A DNA stretch of 64,000 bases from Promethearchaeota archaeon (GCA_016840085.1 JAEOTA010000004.1:251957-315956), one strand, 5' to 3'; numbered from the stretch's first letter, positions 38,501-48,625 are shown. The notes: generated by a model not told the origin, from the letters alone. Numbers and translations: made by a program.

Positions 38501-39496
38501 CTTGTGAAAGGAACCCCATATCATATATGTACGCATAAGATGGGAATCTTTGCTTATGTAGTTGGTTTTTTCCGTGATATCAGAGTAAAATATTTTAAAC
38601 CAAAATCAAGTGATAAAACGTTAACAGACAAACAACGTAGTTATTATCTGACCATACAACAAGCGTTAAAAGTCTTTATTAATGGCAGTTATGGAGTTTT
38701 TGGGTCTCAGAATTTCCCCTTGTTTTGTTTACCAGTTGCAGAAAGTACTACAGGTATAGGTCAATATTCAATAAAGCAAACAATTAAAAAAGCCGAAACC
38801 CTTGGAATAAGAGTTTTATACGGAGATACAGATTCTATTTTTCTTTTACATCCTAATAAAGAACAAATGAAGGAAATATCCAATTGGAGTAAAGAAGAGT
38901 TAGATCTTGATTTAGAAGAAGAAAAAACATATCAATTTTTAGCACTTTCTGAACGAAAAAAGAATTACGTTGGAATCTATAAGGATACTCAATATACCGA
39001 TATTAAAGGTTTAGTAGCCAAAAAGAAAAACACACCTGAATTTATCAAAAAAATTTTCAGTGAAATGATTAAAATATTGAAGCAAATTAAAAATAATGAA
39101 GATTTTTTGAAAGCAAAGGATCAAATTATAGGAATTGTAAGAGAGAATTTAAAGAAAATTGGTAAACCAGATACGTTTACCATAGAGGATTATGCTATAA
39201 ATATAGGTTTACAAAAAGATCTGAAGAATTACACTAAAGTTATTCCTCAACATGTTCGAGCTGCAATAGAATTAAGAGATACTACTGGAAAAGAATATCA
39301 AAAAGGTGAAACAATTAGTTTTATAAAGAGTAAAGGGGCAACCGGAGCAAAAGCAATTGAATTAGCCAAACTTCAAGATATAGATACTAAAAAATATAAA
39401 GAACTTTTAAAATCTGCTTTAGAACAGGTTTTAGATGCTTTAGGTATTACATTTGAAGAAATTCGAGGTATAAAAAAGATGGATGCTTTCTTTTAA
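35552..39496 (+). CDS. polB: Family B DNA polymerase (PolB1 type) containing an intein
   Basis: Exonuclease DIE, FNGDNFD and YNLKD; DFA/SLYPSII, KVFINGSYG, YGDTDS, KKNY; N-domain LLLDVDYDG..KAYCKFYD resembles crenarchaeal PolB1. Confidence 0.95.
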   Translation: MVFMPPPKKKKLDDKEQTSLFSFVDEKKQKKDKSLERSKKEEVKKDKEEKLKIKPIVIKEEKITNAPLTEKSEIPQVSFFKEKDEPFGLKEGNVTLEKVLREGVTSKYIRYLIEKGEVVKDLNRGLLLDVDYDGGQNKAYCKFYDLDTDDIKMWIDNTDHEPYCLSKEPISELEKLNLTNYEGFKRFEKIKRFDLLRDKEIEITKIYGKTPTNIGGSGINIRNILGENDKKAWEADIRYHLNYIFDRQLIPGLIYTIKNGEIIEVNFEEIDVNSKKMTEELQILFQDEAPEIQEFSEKFLDIFITPIPDAKRMAMDIEVMVGERDYKIPDPRLANQEVISVSFVATDGLKLVYMLEREGYTFETLHKKFPSDAKVVLFKSEKDLLIETFRLIWEYPIIITFNGDNFDLNYLFHRAEKLKIDRDLNPIHVKRGFGILSKAECDLRKGIHIDVFNLFFNRSISGYAFGGAYESASLNAISAALLGEEKFQHEEIIHEMEYDILSWYNLKDSILTLELTKFNNSLVWNLIILLCRITKMPIHDMVRRQISTWIQNIFYFEHRRKNALIPRRSEIREEKPGGILSSKSDDEKFLGAYVVPPVPGIHFDVVVMDFACFSDDTEILTNNGWFTYSELKNHKENQIEVATVNPKNNNIEYNAVNEVFEYDYKEKMINFKQQGIDILVTPNHRMVYNKRTNEREKTTFEKKIRIKLANELKEDYLYAIPYTGNWKGENNLIQIGNKNYNPSDFLPFLGWFITDGGISGRSVNIYQSKEQNFDHIRNSIEKLGFQYKEYERNREGKKLEKIFSIHNVSFRDDLKNWFKKNLGIYKRNRIPPEIFKLKRKDLLLLFKSMILGDSRWSDDICYSFDSLSEDLANDFQILCLKIGYGCNIKKENIITEFDNKKYERTNYRCLISYERKNIIRKHHTNFAEYRGKIWCVSVNNGTVIVRRNGKPFVSGNSLYPSIIKEYNLSYETVLCPHKDDEDNLVKGTPYHICTHKMGIFAYVVGFFRDIRVKYFKPKSSDKTLTDKQRSYYLTIQQALKVFINGSYGVFGSQNFPLFCLPVAESTTGIGQYSIKQTIKKAETLGIRVLYGDTDSIFLLHPNKEQMKEISNWSKEELDLDLEEEKTYQFLALSERKKNYVGIYKDTQYTDIKGLVAKKKNTPEFIKKIFSEMIKILKQIKNNEDFLKAKDQIIGIVRENLKKIGKPDTFTIEDYAINIGLQKDLKNYTKVIPQHVRAAIELRDTTGKEYQKGETISFIKSKGATGAKAIELAKLQDIDTKKYKELLKSALEQVLDALGITFEEIRGIKKMDAFF
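37385..38419 (+). mobile_element. Intein (345 aa) with LAGLIDADG homing endonuclease in polymerase motif A
   Basis: Splits DFA|SLYPSII; starts CFSDDTEILT; block B VTPNHR; LGWFITDG and KSMILGD motifs; ends VSGN followed by Ser+1. Confidence 0.93.
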
Positions 39497-39540
39497 TTTG
39501 TAATGAAAATATAAAAAAAGAAAAAAATAATTTGTTATTC

Positions 39541-39954
39541 TTATTTTTTATTAAATTCGGCTGGATTTCCACCAGTTTCTAGATATTCGGCATATTTTTT
39601 CAAACTTTTTAATAACATCTCTCCAGCTATACCTAGTATTGGCTCTTGACTAGCATCGTTAAATTCTGCCCAAATTGTAGCTTCGACAACATCTCCTTTG
39701 GGCTTTAAGACATACCCTAAACTAGTCATTGGGCTTCCTTCTTGAGCTGCTGAAAGGCTCTCAGGGGGATTAGTTTCCAAGCGAGTGGATGTAACATCTC
39801 CTACATTTGTTTTAAAAAAATAATTTCCTTCTCCAAGTTTAGTTGCTTCATTTACGACAATGTTCCACTTAGCATAATTATCATCATCGTCTATAATCTT
39901 AAATATTAACTCTTGAGCTGCTGAAATATCTACTTTTTTCTCAACACGCGGCAT
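39541..39954 (-). CDS. SRPBCC/START (polyketide cyclase-like) domain protein
   Basis: VEKKVDISAAQELIFKIIDD..YAKWN N-terminus; C-terminal helix LKSLKKYAE. Confidence 0.75.
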   Translation of the reverse strand: MPRVEKKVDISAAQELIFKIIDDDDNYAKWNIVVNEATKLGEGNYFFKTNVGDVTSTRLETNPPESLSAAQEGSPMTSLGYVLKPKGDVVEATIWAEFNDASQEPILGIAGEMLLKSLKKYAEYLETGGNPAEFNKK

Positions 39955-40052
39955 TTTATTTACACCTTTAGAATCTCAATTTAAAAGAATAAAATATCTT
40001 TATTATGGTTAGAACAGAAGAATTTATAAAATTATATTTTTTTAAAAAGAGA

Positions 40053-41135
40053 TTATAATTGAAAATATAAGAAACCCATTATCAAGGCACATAAAATAGG
40101 ATTTAGAATATTATCATCTATTTTAAGATTTGAAATATCAATTACAAAGAACATTAAAGCTCCTCCACCTGCAATTATTAAGATTTCAGTTGTCTCGAGG
40201 ATAGATTCGAATAACATAAGAGGAATTATAGACACCATAAAAGAGGTAAAAAAACCAGCAAAATATCCAATAATTGTTTTTTCAGATGATTTCGGAAAAT
40301 AAATCTTCCCGAATCTTAATCCAAAAATAGACGCTGCCCCATCACCTATAGTTGCAATTAAAATTGCTGCAGCAAAAACACCAAAAGGAAAAAAGAAGAT
40401 CGGTACAAAGGATAAAATCAGAACAGTTGGTCTTATAAATTCAAAATTATCTTTACGTTTCATCGTCTTGCTCAAGAGATTTAAAACATTATCAGGGATA
40501 AGATGGAATAAATTATGATTCTCAAAAATAAACGATAATCTTATATAATCTAATGCACCAAAAACTAAAATCCCCGAATAACCAACAGTTAAAATTAAAA
40601 ATCTACTAAATTCTCTCCCAGTAATCCCCAAAGCAACACCAGCATTCCATAAATTATCCCAAATATATACCCCAAAAATCCAAATAAAAATAATTACTCC
40701 TGCTGGAAATAAATGTAATGCTTTTCGATGCATTTCTGTTTTAAGTTTTTGGGATCTTGAAGTATTTGTCTCTTCAGGCTCTTTATCGAAATGTTTTAGG
40801 AATGTATTAAAATTTCTCTTTACTTTCATATTTGGATTTTTCTTTACAACAAATTGATATTGATAATACAATATTAAAATTATTAAACTTGGAGTAAAAA
40901 TGCAAATAAAAAATACAGATAAGACTAGAAATAAACTCAAACTTGGGTTATTAGTAGAGAAAAACAAGGGATATAGCAGTCCCGCTGTAATCCATAAAGT
41001 CAAGGTCAAAATACTGTTACTAAAATTATGTTCTTTGGGATGGCTGTCATTTAATTTAATAGCATAGTAAAATAAGCCTAATCCACCAACTATAAACAAT
41101 ATCGTCACTGGTAATGATATTATATCATATACCAT
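40053..41135 (-). CDS. CTP-dependent polyprenol/diacylglycerol kinase family (dolichol/phytol kinase-like)
   Basis: HRKALH, GDGAASIFG..FG, KTIIG, IDDNILNP motifs; multi-TM. Confidence 0.85.
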   Translation of the reverse strand: MVYDIISLPVTILFIVGGLGLFYYAIKLNDSHPKEHNFSNSILTLTLWITAGLLYPLFFSTNNPSLSLFLVLSVFFICIFTPSLIILILYYQYQFVVKKNPNMKVKRNFNTFLKHFDKEPEETNTSRSQKLKTEMHRKALHLFPAGVIIFIWIFGVYIWDNLWNAGVALGITGREFSRFLILTVGYSGILVFGALDYIRLSFIFENHNLFHLIPDNVLNLLSKTMKRKDNFEFIRPTVLILSFVPIFFFPFGVFAAAILIATIGDGAASIFGLRFGKIYFPKSSEKTIIGYFAGFFTSFMVSIIPLMLFESILETTEILIIAGGGALMFFVIDISNLKIDDNILNPILCALIMGFLYFQL

Positions 41136-41253
41136 GATATCTTTTAGTAAAATGTTATTTCAAAAATATCTTTTGGAATGATTATAGTTTTAATAATTTC
41201 ATAAAAAAATAGCAGATTAAGAAAAATAAATAAAAATTAAAAAATCAAAATAG

Positions 41254-41541
41254 TTAAAGCCCAAATAAAAGAACGTTATCTAAAATTTTATGAACTTTTT
41301 TTAAGTTTTCTTCCCCTAAAGCTTCATCAGCTTTCACTTTTAAATCTAAAGCGGCACTAAACGCTTTAAAGAATGTGTTCTGAAGAAAATCGTTAAATCC
41401 ACTTTTCTCGCCCTTCTCTTCTTTGAATTCTTCTACTCTTTTAAGCATAGCTTCTTCATATTCCTTGGCGGTATCTGTCCTAAGTTCTGCTAATTTACGG
41501 ATTTTCATCCCATCTTTATCCTCAACGAATTCTTCTGACAC
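41254..41541 (-). CDS. Small helical hypothetical protein, probably translationally coupled to tes
   Basis: GTG start abuts the tes stop codon; SD-like GAAGGTGAGG inside the tes 3' end. Confidence 0.7.
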   Translation of the reverse strand: MSEEFVEDKDGMKIRKLAELRTDTAKEYEEAMLKRVEEFKEEKGEKSGFNDFLQNTFFKAFSAALDLKVKADEALGEENLKKVHKILDNVLLFGL

Positions 41542-43278
41542 TTATTCCTCACCTTCCTTCTTTATTCCACCATTACGAGCTACTTCGTGTCTTATTTCTT
41601 CTATAGTTTGACCTGTGGTCGTGTCAAACTCATCTCTCACTTTCGCAGTTAATTTCTTGGCAATTTGTTTTTCTATATGAGGCCTATGTAATGTATTCAT
41701 AGTGCAAAAACTAATTTCTTTGACAGATCCATCTGGCATGGCTACGCCAAAATGAACAATACATCTTTTTGTTCTTTCAATATCCATATTATACGCATCT
41801 TGAAAGTGCATACTCGAAAGTAACAATGTTCCATAGCTAAATGAGCTTACGCTCTCCCAATCTCCTCGCATTATGAGTCTTGAAAATAATTCCATAAGTT
41901 TTCCTGGTTTTTTCATGTATTGTAATACACCGAGTAAAAAGCGGGCTCGGAGTTGAGTTTTGTCTAAAAAGTTTAGTCCTTGGTCAAGCGTTTTCCCAAA
42001 ATCACCTAAAAGATCTTCAAAAACTTTGATAGGCTTTTTCTCTTTATGTTTAATTTTTGCCCAAAAGCGATTCGCGAAATCTATAACTTTTAATGGATCA
42101 AAATAGTTCATTACGGGAACCATCTCATCTGTATCGGGATCTACCACCATATATGAGGCAAATCCGCAGTCAGGATGGCATGTAAACTCAATAGGATCAA
42201 CGTCAGCTAAATAAGCTACAACTCTCCCAAATTCCACAATGGTTGAGAGTGGATACCACGCATTCTCCATAGAAATCTTTCCACCCGTTTGTTCCTCGAT
42301 TTTCTTAAGAATATCAGCATTAGTTATTCGAAGATCTTGTCTCTCTTCAAACGCAATTCGACCACATAAAGAAACAGGTTGAAATGTTATACCCCGAACA
42401 ACATCCACATTATCAATAGCATATTGGATTATATTACCAACTTCAATATCAGTAACTCCCTTTGCAATTGTTGCTACTAAAACAATAGAAGCGAGTCCCG
42501 CTTTACGGCAATTATCTACGACTCTTTGTTTATATCTCATAAGGTTTTTAATACCACGAGTCTTTTCATATGTCACATCATTGATACCGTCAAATTGGAA
42601 ATATAGGGTGTCTAAACCCATTTCTTTGCATTTCTTAGTAAACTCTAGACCCCCATTTTTAGATTGAAAACCATATCCATTAGTAGCCACAATAACTTCT
42701 TTAAATCCGTGGTCTTTTGCCATTTTGCAAATTTCTGGAAAATCTTTTCTAACTGTTGGTTCTCCACCAGTAAACATAATTGCAATGGCAGGAATTGGTT
42801 TACTTCTGAAATGTGTCATTATTCTATCAATTTCTTCTAATGTGGGTTCAATAAGATATCCAGCTTTTTGTACATTCGCATAGCAAAAATTGCAATTAAA
42901 ATTACAGCGATTTGTAAGATCTATTAAAGCTAATGAGCAGGTTGAGAGATGCTGTTCACATAATCCGCAATTATAAGGGCAACCTCTTGGATCTTGACCA
43001 ATAAAATCAGGGGGATTAGCTTCCCCATCTTTTTCAAATTGCCAAACCACCTTTCCATGTTCATCCTTTATGGCCCAATGAGTCCATTTATAATATTTTG
43101 CACTTGAACTAATCTTATCTCTGAAATCACCATGTTCTGGACATGTTTTACGCATCCAAATTTCATCATTTTCTTCGTACACCTCGGCACCGATTTTTCC
43201 GAGACACTCAGGACACACACTTTCAGTTTTACGATAATATTTTTCATTCAAATAATCAGAATCATCTAAGTGGTACAT
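41542..43278 (-). CDS. tes: Radical SAM tetraether lipid synthase (Tes / GDGT-MAS family)
   Basis: N-terminal CPEC..CPEHG; CPYNCGLCEQH; CNFNCNFC; TCHPDCG; MHFQDAYNMD.ERTKRC; FC motif. Confidence 0.85.
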   Translation of the reverse strand: MYHLDDSDYLNEKYYRKTESVCPECLGKIGAEVYEENDEIWMRKTCPEHGDFRDKISSSAKYYKWTHWAIKDEHGKVVWQFEKDGEANPPDFIGQDPRGCPYNCGLCEQHLSTCSLALIDLTNRCNFNCNFCYANVQKAGYLIEPTLEEIDRIMTHFRSKPIPAIAIMFTGGEPTVRKDFPEICKMAKDHGFKEVIVATNGYGFQSKNGGLEFTKKCKEMGLDTLYFQFDGINDVTYEKTRGIKNLMRYKQRVVDNCRKAGLASIVLVATIAKGVTDIEVGNIIQYAIDNVDVVRGITFQPVSLCGRIAFEERQDLRITNADILKKIEEQTGGKISMENAWYPLSTIVEFGRVVAYLADVDPIEFTCHPDCGFASYMVVDPDTDEMVPVMNYFDPLKVIDFANRFWAKIKHKEKKPIKVFEDLLGDFGKTLDQGLNFLDKTQLRARFLLGVLQYMKKPGKLMELFSRLIMRGDWESVSSFSYGTLLLSSMHFQDAYNMDIERTKRCIVHFGVAMPDGSVKEISFCTMNTLHRPHIEKQIAKKLTAKVRDEFDTTTGQTIEEIRHEVARNGGIKKEGEE

Positions 43279-43537
43279 ATTATCACTTTTTCATTTACAA
43301 TTACTACATTTAAGTAAGCTTATTTTATTAAAATAAGTATTTATACAAAGATCAATTTTTTGATTTTTAAAGGTTTTGAGACGTTTCCTACTATTCCGAA
43401 TATTATTTGTGAATAAAATTAAAAACAAATCTCTCTTGGCATTTACTACTATTTTTTGGTAGTTTAGCATTTTGTGATAATTGATAATATGTATTTAGTT
43501 TTATATTGCTTAGAAAATTTTACTTGTAAATTTGGTT

Positions 43538-44329
43538 TTATAATTTTTTTCCATACAAAACCAGGTGTCTTGACATGCCTTTAATGGATGGTTCTTTGCT
43601 TAGTTTTAAAACCATCTTAGTTGTTTGGTTAAAAAACTTTTCGTCCCAATTTTGAGCTTCTAGGATTTCTTCAGGGATATTAAGCACTCTTGTCCAATGA
43701 CAAACCCCGTATATGTCAAGAACTTTGATTCCTTCCCTGTTGAAAAAATTTCTAGCTTCTTTTGGGCTGAAAACCTTGTGTTTCCATTTCTGATCCTCCA
43801 ATTGAGAATCAATTAAAGTTAGAATGGAATATGGATTTTCATAAAATTTATTGATAGCAATGACCCATTTGTTATTAAGATATATTGAAACAATGCCCCC
43901 TTTTTTACTAACCCTTATTAATTCTTTTATAGCTAACTCATCAACCATTCCATCCCAACACAGAACAAAATCGAAACTATTATCAACAAAATGAAGATTA
44001 CGAACATTACATTCTAAAATGTCCACGTTATCAATTACACTTTCATTTATCATTTTTTGCTTTGCTACGTTTAACATTTTAGGAGATAAATCGCATAAAG
44101 TAATTGAATAACCTGTTCTTGCTAACGGCAAGGTTATTCTTCCAGTTCCCCCGGCAGCATCTAAAATCTTAGCACTTTTGTTTTTTGGCAAATATTTTTT
44201 TAATAATTCCCAATCAATATAATTTTCTACAGCACCCCTAAAAGTCTTATAGAAATCGTCATAAGTTTTAGCCCGATTATTCCACTTTTTTTTGCTTCTT
44301 TCAAATTCCTTGAGATTATATTGATTCAT
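43538..44329 (-). CDS. Class I SAM-dependent methyltransferase
   Basis: ILDAAGGTG, DLSPKML, FDFVL motifs. Confidence 0.85.
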   Translation of the reverse strand: MNQYNLKEFERSKKKWNNRAKTYDDFYKTFRGAVENYIDWELLKKYLPKNKSAKILDAAGGTGRITLPLARTGYSITLCDLSPKMLNVAKQKMINESVIDNVDILECNVRNLHFVDNSFDFVLCWDGMVDELAIKELIRVSKKGGIVSIYLNNKWVIAINKFYENPYSILTLIDSQLEDQKWKHKVFSPKEARNFFNREGIKVLDIYGVCHWTRVLNIPEEILEAQNWDEKFFNQTTKMVLKLSKEPSIKGMSRHLVLYGKKL

Positions 44330-44566
44330 TTAACAATATTCACCTAAATTTAATTTTAGTATAATCTACATTTATAAAATTATTAGTTATATTATTAAAG
44401 GTATTGTACACCACAAATTTAAACCAAATAACAAATTATTATATCTTTTTAATTTATATTGGCGTTTTTAAGAAACTTAGTTTTAAATATCAAACTGGTT
44501 AATAATTAATACATAAAATTTAATATTACACAAATTAATTAAACAAAAAAAAATAGTGGATGAATT

Positions 44567-45160
44567 ATGTCTGGTAAAGGTGTTGTTGGAGCGATTATAG
44601 CTAGTGTCATTCTTTCTGTAGGTATTACAGGTGCGTTAGCATATTTTCTTTTACCTGTTGTTTTTCCAAATATAACTGAAGAACCTCCTACTTATGAAGA
44701 CCAAGGGATTGTACTTCAGTCAATTTATTATGAAACGGATTCTGCAGCTGTAATTATTGATACAGATACAACATACGAAAAAGTTCCTGATACAGAGGTA
44801 AATATAACGATAGAACAAAATTCAAGAATTCAAGCTACGTTTTCAGGCGATTTTCGATTAGCTGTAGATGGTAGCTTTAAGGGGGGGTGTAATTTCTTTA
44901 TAGTGCTTAAGATAGAGGGCATAGGCAATCGAACAATGAGAATTCATTTCTATGATAATACAGGCCCCTATCCAACTACTACAAGAGTGTTTAGTCATAA
45001 TCTTAATATTGGATATCAAACAGAGGGTTTATCTGCTGGAACTTATACTATTTCAGTTCATTGGATGTCTGAATATGATGCCACTGGTTATGCTCAATTA
45101 AATTTAGCTTATCCCGGCTCTAATAGAACACGTACTTTATTAGTTCAAGAAATAATTTAA
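44567..45160 (+). CDS. Single-TM-anchored beta-rich surface protein
   Basis: N-terminal hydrophobic helix followed by a beta-strand-rich domain. Confidence 0.7.
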   Translation: MSGKGVVGAIIASVILSVGITGALAYFLLPVVFPNITEEPPTYEDQGIVLQSIYYETDSAAVIIDTDTTYEKVPDTEVNITIEQNSRIQATFSGDFRLAVDGSFKGGCNFFIVLKIEGIGNRTMRIHFYDNTGPYPTTTRVFSHNLNIGYQTEGLSAGTYTISVHWMSEYDATGYAQLNLAYPGSNRTRTLLVQEII

Positions 45161-45282
45161 AATTAATTTTCAAATTTTATTTATAATTTTTTTTTTTAAT
45201 CTTTATTAGAGTGTTATTCAAAATAAGATTTAAAATTAAAAAATACAAAATAAATATTTAAAGAAATAAATGTAATTTCAAT

Positions 45283-46671
45283 ATGGTAAAAATGAATGTA
45301 ACAAACTCTGGTTTTATAAATGATATAAACATGATTCTTGCAACAGATTTTTACCAACTGACAATGGGTGCGGCTTATTATCAATATAATCTTGAAAACA
45401 ATATTAATGAAACAGATGATATCGCCACCTTTGAATTATTTATAAGAAAATTTCCAAAAAACCGTAATTATTTAATATTTGCGGGATTAGAACAAGCAAT
45501 TCAATATCTACAAAATGCCAGATTCACAGAACGAACAATTGAATTTCTGAGAAATAAAGCAGTTTTTAAAAATATAGACTCCAGTTACTTTGATGAGTAT
45601 TTACCTGATTTTAAGTTCAATGTGGATGTTTGGGCTATGAGGGAAGGAAATTTTTTCTTTCCTAATGAACCTATTATGAGAGTGCAAGGTCCTATGTTTC
45701 ATGCTCAAATCGTTGAAACATATTTATTAAATGTAATTAATTACCAAACTCTGGTTGCATCTAAGGCTTCAAGAATTAAAAATATAGCACAGGATAAAAC
45801 TCTTCTTGAATTTGGAACGAGAAGATCTCATGGACCACTTGCAGGGGTGTATGCTGCTAGAGCAAGTTATGTTGCTGGATTTGACGGAACTAGCAATGTA
45901 ATAGCAGATCTCGAATTAGGAATTAACTCAACTGGCACAATGGCTCATAGTTTTGTCCAGAAATTTGATAATGAGTCAGATAGTTTTGATTCCTATAATA
46001 TAATCTATGGTGAAAATTCCATTTTACTAATTGATACTTATGATACTGAGAAGGGTGCTGAAAAATCATGCAAGTATGGAAATAAAATCAGAGGTGTAAG
46101 GATAGATTCTGGTGATCTTATTGACCATGCTAAAAAAGTTCGGAAAATTTTAGATGAACGTGGATGTGAGAAGGTCTTAATCGTTGCAAGCTCGGATTTA
46201 AATGAATACAAAATAAAAGAAATTATTGATAAAAAGGCTCCTATAGATGCATTTGGTGTTGGAACGGAATTAGCAACTTCAAGAGATGATCCAACAATAT
46301 CTGGTGTTTATAAGTTGATAGAATATAATAATTTACCCAGAATAAAGATAAGTGAAGAAAAAATGACATATCCAGGAATAAAACAAGTTTATCGGATTTA
46401 TAATAATAACAATATGTTTAAGGAAGATATCTTAGCACTAGAAAACGAATCATCGCCTCCCAATTCTGAAGCTTTATTAATACCAATAATGAAAAATGGA
46501 AATCTGATAATTAAATTACCAACCTTAGATGAGATTCAGCAACTTTATTTAGATAACATAAAAAAACTACCACCCTCCTATAAAAGTTTAGAAGAAGCTC
46601 AACTATTCAAGTTAAAAATTTCGGAAAAGCTAAGAGAGTTGACTAATTCACTAATAGAAAAACATCCATAA
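45283..46671 (+). CDS. pncB: Nicotinate phosphoribosyltransferase
   Basis: TDFYQLTM, EFGTRR, GTMAHS, DTYD, RIDSGD, FGVGT motifs. Confidence 0.93.
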   Translation: MVKMNVTNSGFINDINMILATDFYQLTMGAAYYQYNLENNINETDDIATFELFIRKFPKNRNYLIFAGLEQAIQYLQNARFTERTIEFLRNKAVFKNIDSSYFDEYLPDFKFNVDVWAMREGNFFFPNEPIMRVQGPMFHAQIVETYLLNVINYQTLVASKASRIKNIAQDKTLLEFGTRRSHGPLAGVYAARASYVAGFDGTSNVIADLELGINSTGTMAHSFVQKFDNESDSFDSYNIIYGENSILLIDTYDTEKGAEKSCKYGNKIRGVRIDSGDLIDHAKKVRKILDERGCEKVLIVASSDLNEYKIKEIIDKKAPIDAFGVGTELATSRDDPTISGVYKLIEYNNLPRIKISEEKMTYPGIKQVYRIYNNNNMFKEDILALENESSPPNSEALLIPIMKNGNLIIKLPTLDEIQQLYLDNIKKLPPSYKSLEEAQLFKLKISEKLRELTNSLIEKHP

Positions 46672-46684
46672 AGAAAAGATGCAA

Positions 46685-47556
46685 TTAATCTTTAAAATCA
46701 ACATTTGTTAATTCTACACTGATTTCCCAGAGTCTTTTTACTACTTCGTCATCATATGAAATCTTTGCTGATTTTGCTTCTTTTCTATTTTTAAAATACA
46801 TTCCACTCACCCCATTTACTTCTGGAGAAGAGGCTAAAAATATTGATGTTTTAGCACCTTCTTTAGGGGTTTTCATAAATAATCCTATAAGATGATAAAA
46901 ATATTTTACAAAAGGCCTGAAATTGCGAATCATTTTAGTTTTCACAAATCCAGGGTGAAGGCAATTAACAGTTACTCCTGTTTCACTTAATCTTTTAGCA
47001 AATTCATGAGTAAAGAGAACAACTGCTAATTTCGAAAGGCCATATGCCTTTAATTGACCATAATTTTTCTCGCCATTTAGATTCTCAAAATCAATGGATT
47101 TCGCTTGAATACTAGAAGCTACATTTACTATCCGTGCAGGGTTACCTTTTTTTAAAACATCAAATAATAAGATACTTAACATAAATTGAGCTAAATAATT
47201 AACTGCAAATGTAGTTTCAATTCCATCAACAGTTAAAGTACGTTTAGGAAGGTTCACACCAGCATTATTTATTAAAACATCTAATTTTTCATGTTTGCCC
47301 TTAAACTCCCTTACTACTCTATGAATTTCTTTTTGAGAAGATAAATCTGCTAAAATGAATTCAATTGATTCGTCTCCACAATTCTCTTTAATTTCTTTTA
47401 TTGCCGCTTCAGCTCGTTCCTGATTCCGACACACTAGTACTAAATGTGCTCCTAATTTTGCTAATCCAATCGCAGTAGCTTTACCAATACCGAATTAGCA
47501 CCAGTAATCATGCAGATTTTTCCACCGATAATTTTTCTGTTTTCTGCTCTACTCAA
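46685..47556 (-). pseudogene. Short-chain dehydrogenase (retinol dehydrogenase-like) with a 1-nt deletion in the TGxxxGxG motif
   Basis: TTG 47556 ...MITGAN, then TC at 47492-93 (one base missing), then GIGKATA; NNAG, YGLSK and HPG are intact; could be an assembly error. Confidence 0.75.
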
Positions 47557-47695
47557 AGTAATATATACTACAAAATCATTAATTTCCTAATTAAGACTAA
47601 TAAAACAAGTTAAAGAATAAAGCTATATTAATAAAATGTTGGATTAAATTCTAATATATAGCAGATTCAGCTATATTTTTAATCTTTTTATATTA

Positions 47696-48625
47696 CTATA
47701 GCTTTTGTAGTTTTGAAACTCTTTTTAGCATTAATCCCCAAAAATTATCCTTATTTACTCCTCCGTTACAACTAATTTTATCACCAACAGATAGCTTAAT
47801 TTTTTCAAACGCATTATCACTAACTCTAATCATTAAATTTTCAATAGTGTCAATATCATCCTCATTATAATCACTTATTTTTTTAAGTTGGGGGCCAAAT
47901 CTTACATTTTTAAGGGTAATTAAGTAAAATATGGTTATATTTCCTTGAAATTCAGATTCTCTTCTTTCAATATCCGATATTTCTCCATCATAAATAGTAA
48001 TTCTCGAATCAATATAATTCATTAATTTAGCTTTCGTTGATGTTTCATCAATAAGAGCTTTTGACTTCTCACCAATTTTAGCTTCTATTATGGCGATGTT
48101 CTTTATTTTTTCCTCGAAATCTTCAGGTAGAATTGTTAATGTCCAATCTTTAATTTTTAACCATCCTTGTTTTAATGAATAGATTAATCCAATCCAGAAA
48201 TGACTACAAAAACCCATTTCGGAACCAATTCGACAGTCGCAATCGCGTTCAGGGTTTCCTATATTCTTATCTGTTATAGATAAAAAAGATGAGACTTCCC
48301 AATTCCATCCTTTAAATTGAAGCTCTATCTCATGTTCATTTGGATTCACTATTCTAATGTCAGCAATATTCTCTCTATCTTCACCATTGATCTTCTTTAA
48401 TGCTAAATTAATTCCATTAGAAATTATTTCCAATTCCTTTTGTTTTAATAGCTCTTTAAATTCTTCTTCAGCTAGACTATCAAGGATAAAATCAATTAAT
48501 TCTGATTTCTTCAATTTTGAAAATCCCTTTATCTCAAAATCTCGACAAATTTGTTTCAAATCATCTACATTTAAAGATTGTAAAAGAAAATTCAAGTAAG
48601 TTCTATCATCTATTTCTCTATTCAT
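47696..48625 (-). CDS. SAP/Rho-N-like plus SWIM zinc finger plus OB-fold-like protein
   Basis: LNVDDLKQICRDFEIKGFSKLKKSELI; CDC-x8-CSH; C-terminal LSVGDKISCNG. Confidence 0.7.
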   Translation of the reverse strand: MNREIDDRTYLNFLLQSLNVDDLKQICRDFEIKGFSKLKKSELIDFILDSLAEEEFKELLKQKELEIISNGINLALKKINGEDRENIADIRIVNPNEHEIELQFKGWNWEVSSFLSITDKNIGNPERDCDCRIGSEMGFCSHFWIGLIYSLKQGWLKIKDWTLTILPEDFEEKIKNIAIIEAKIGEKSKALIDETSTKAKLMNYIDSRITIYDGEISDIERRESEFQGNITIFYLITLKNVRFGPQLKKISDYNEDDIDTIENLMIRVSDNAFEKIKLSVGDKISCNGGVNKDNFWGLMLKRVSKLQKL

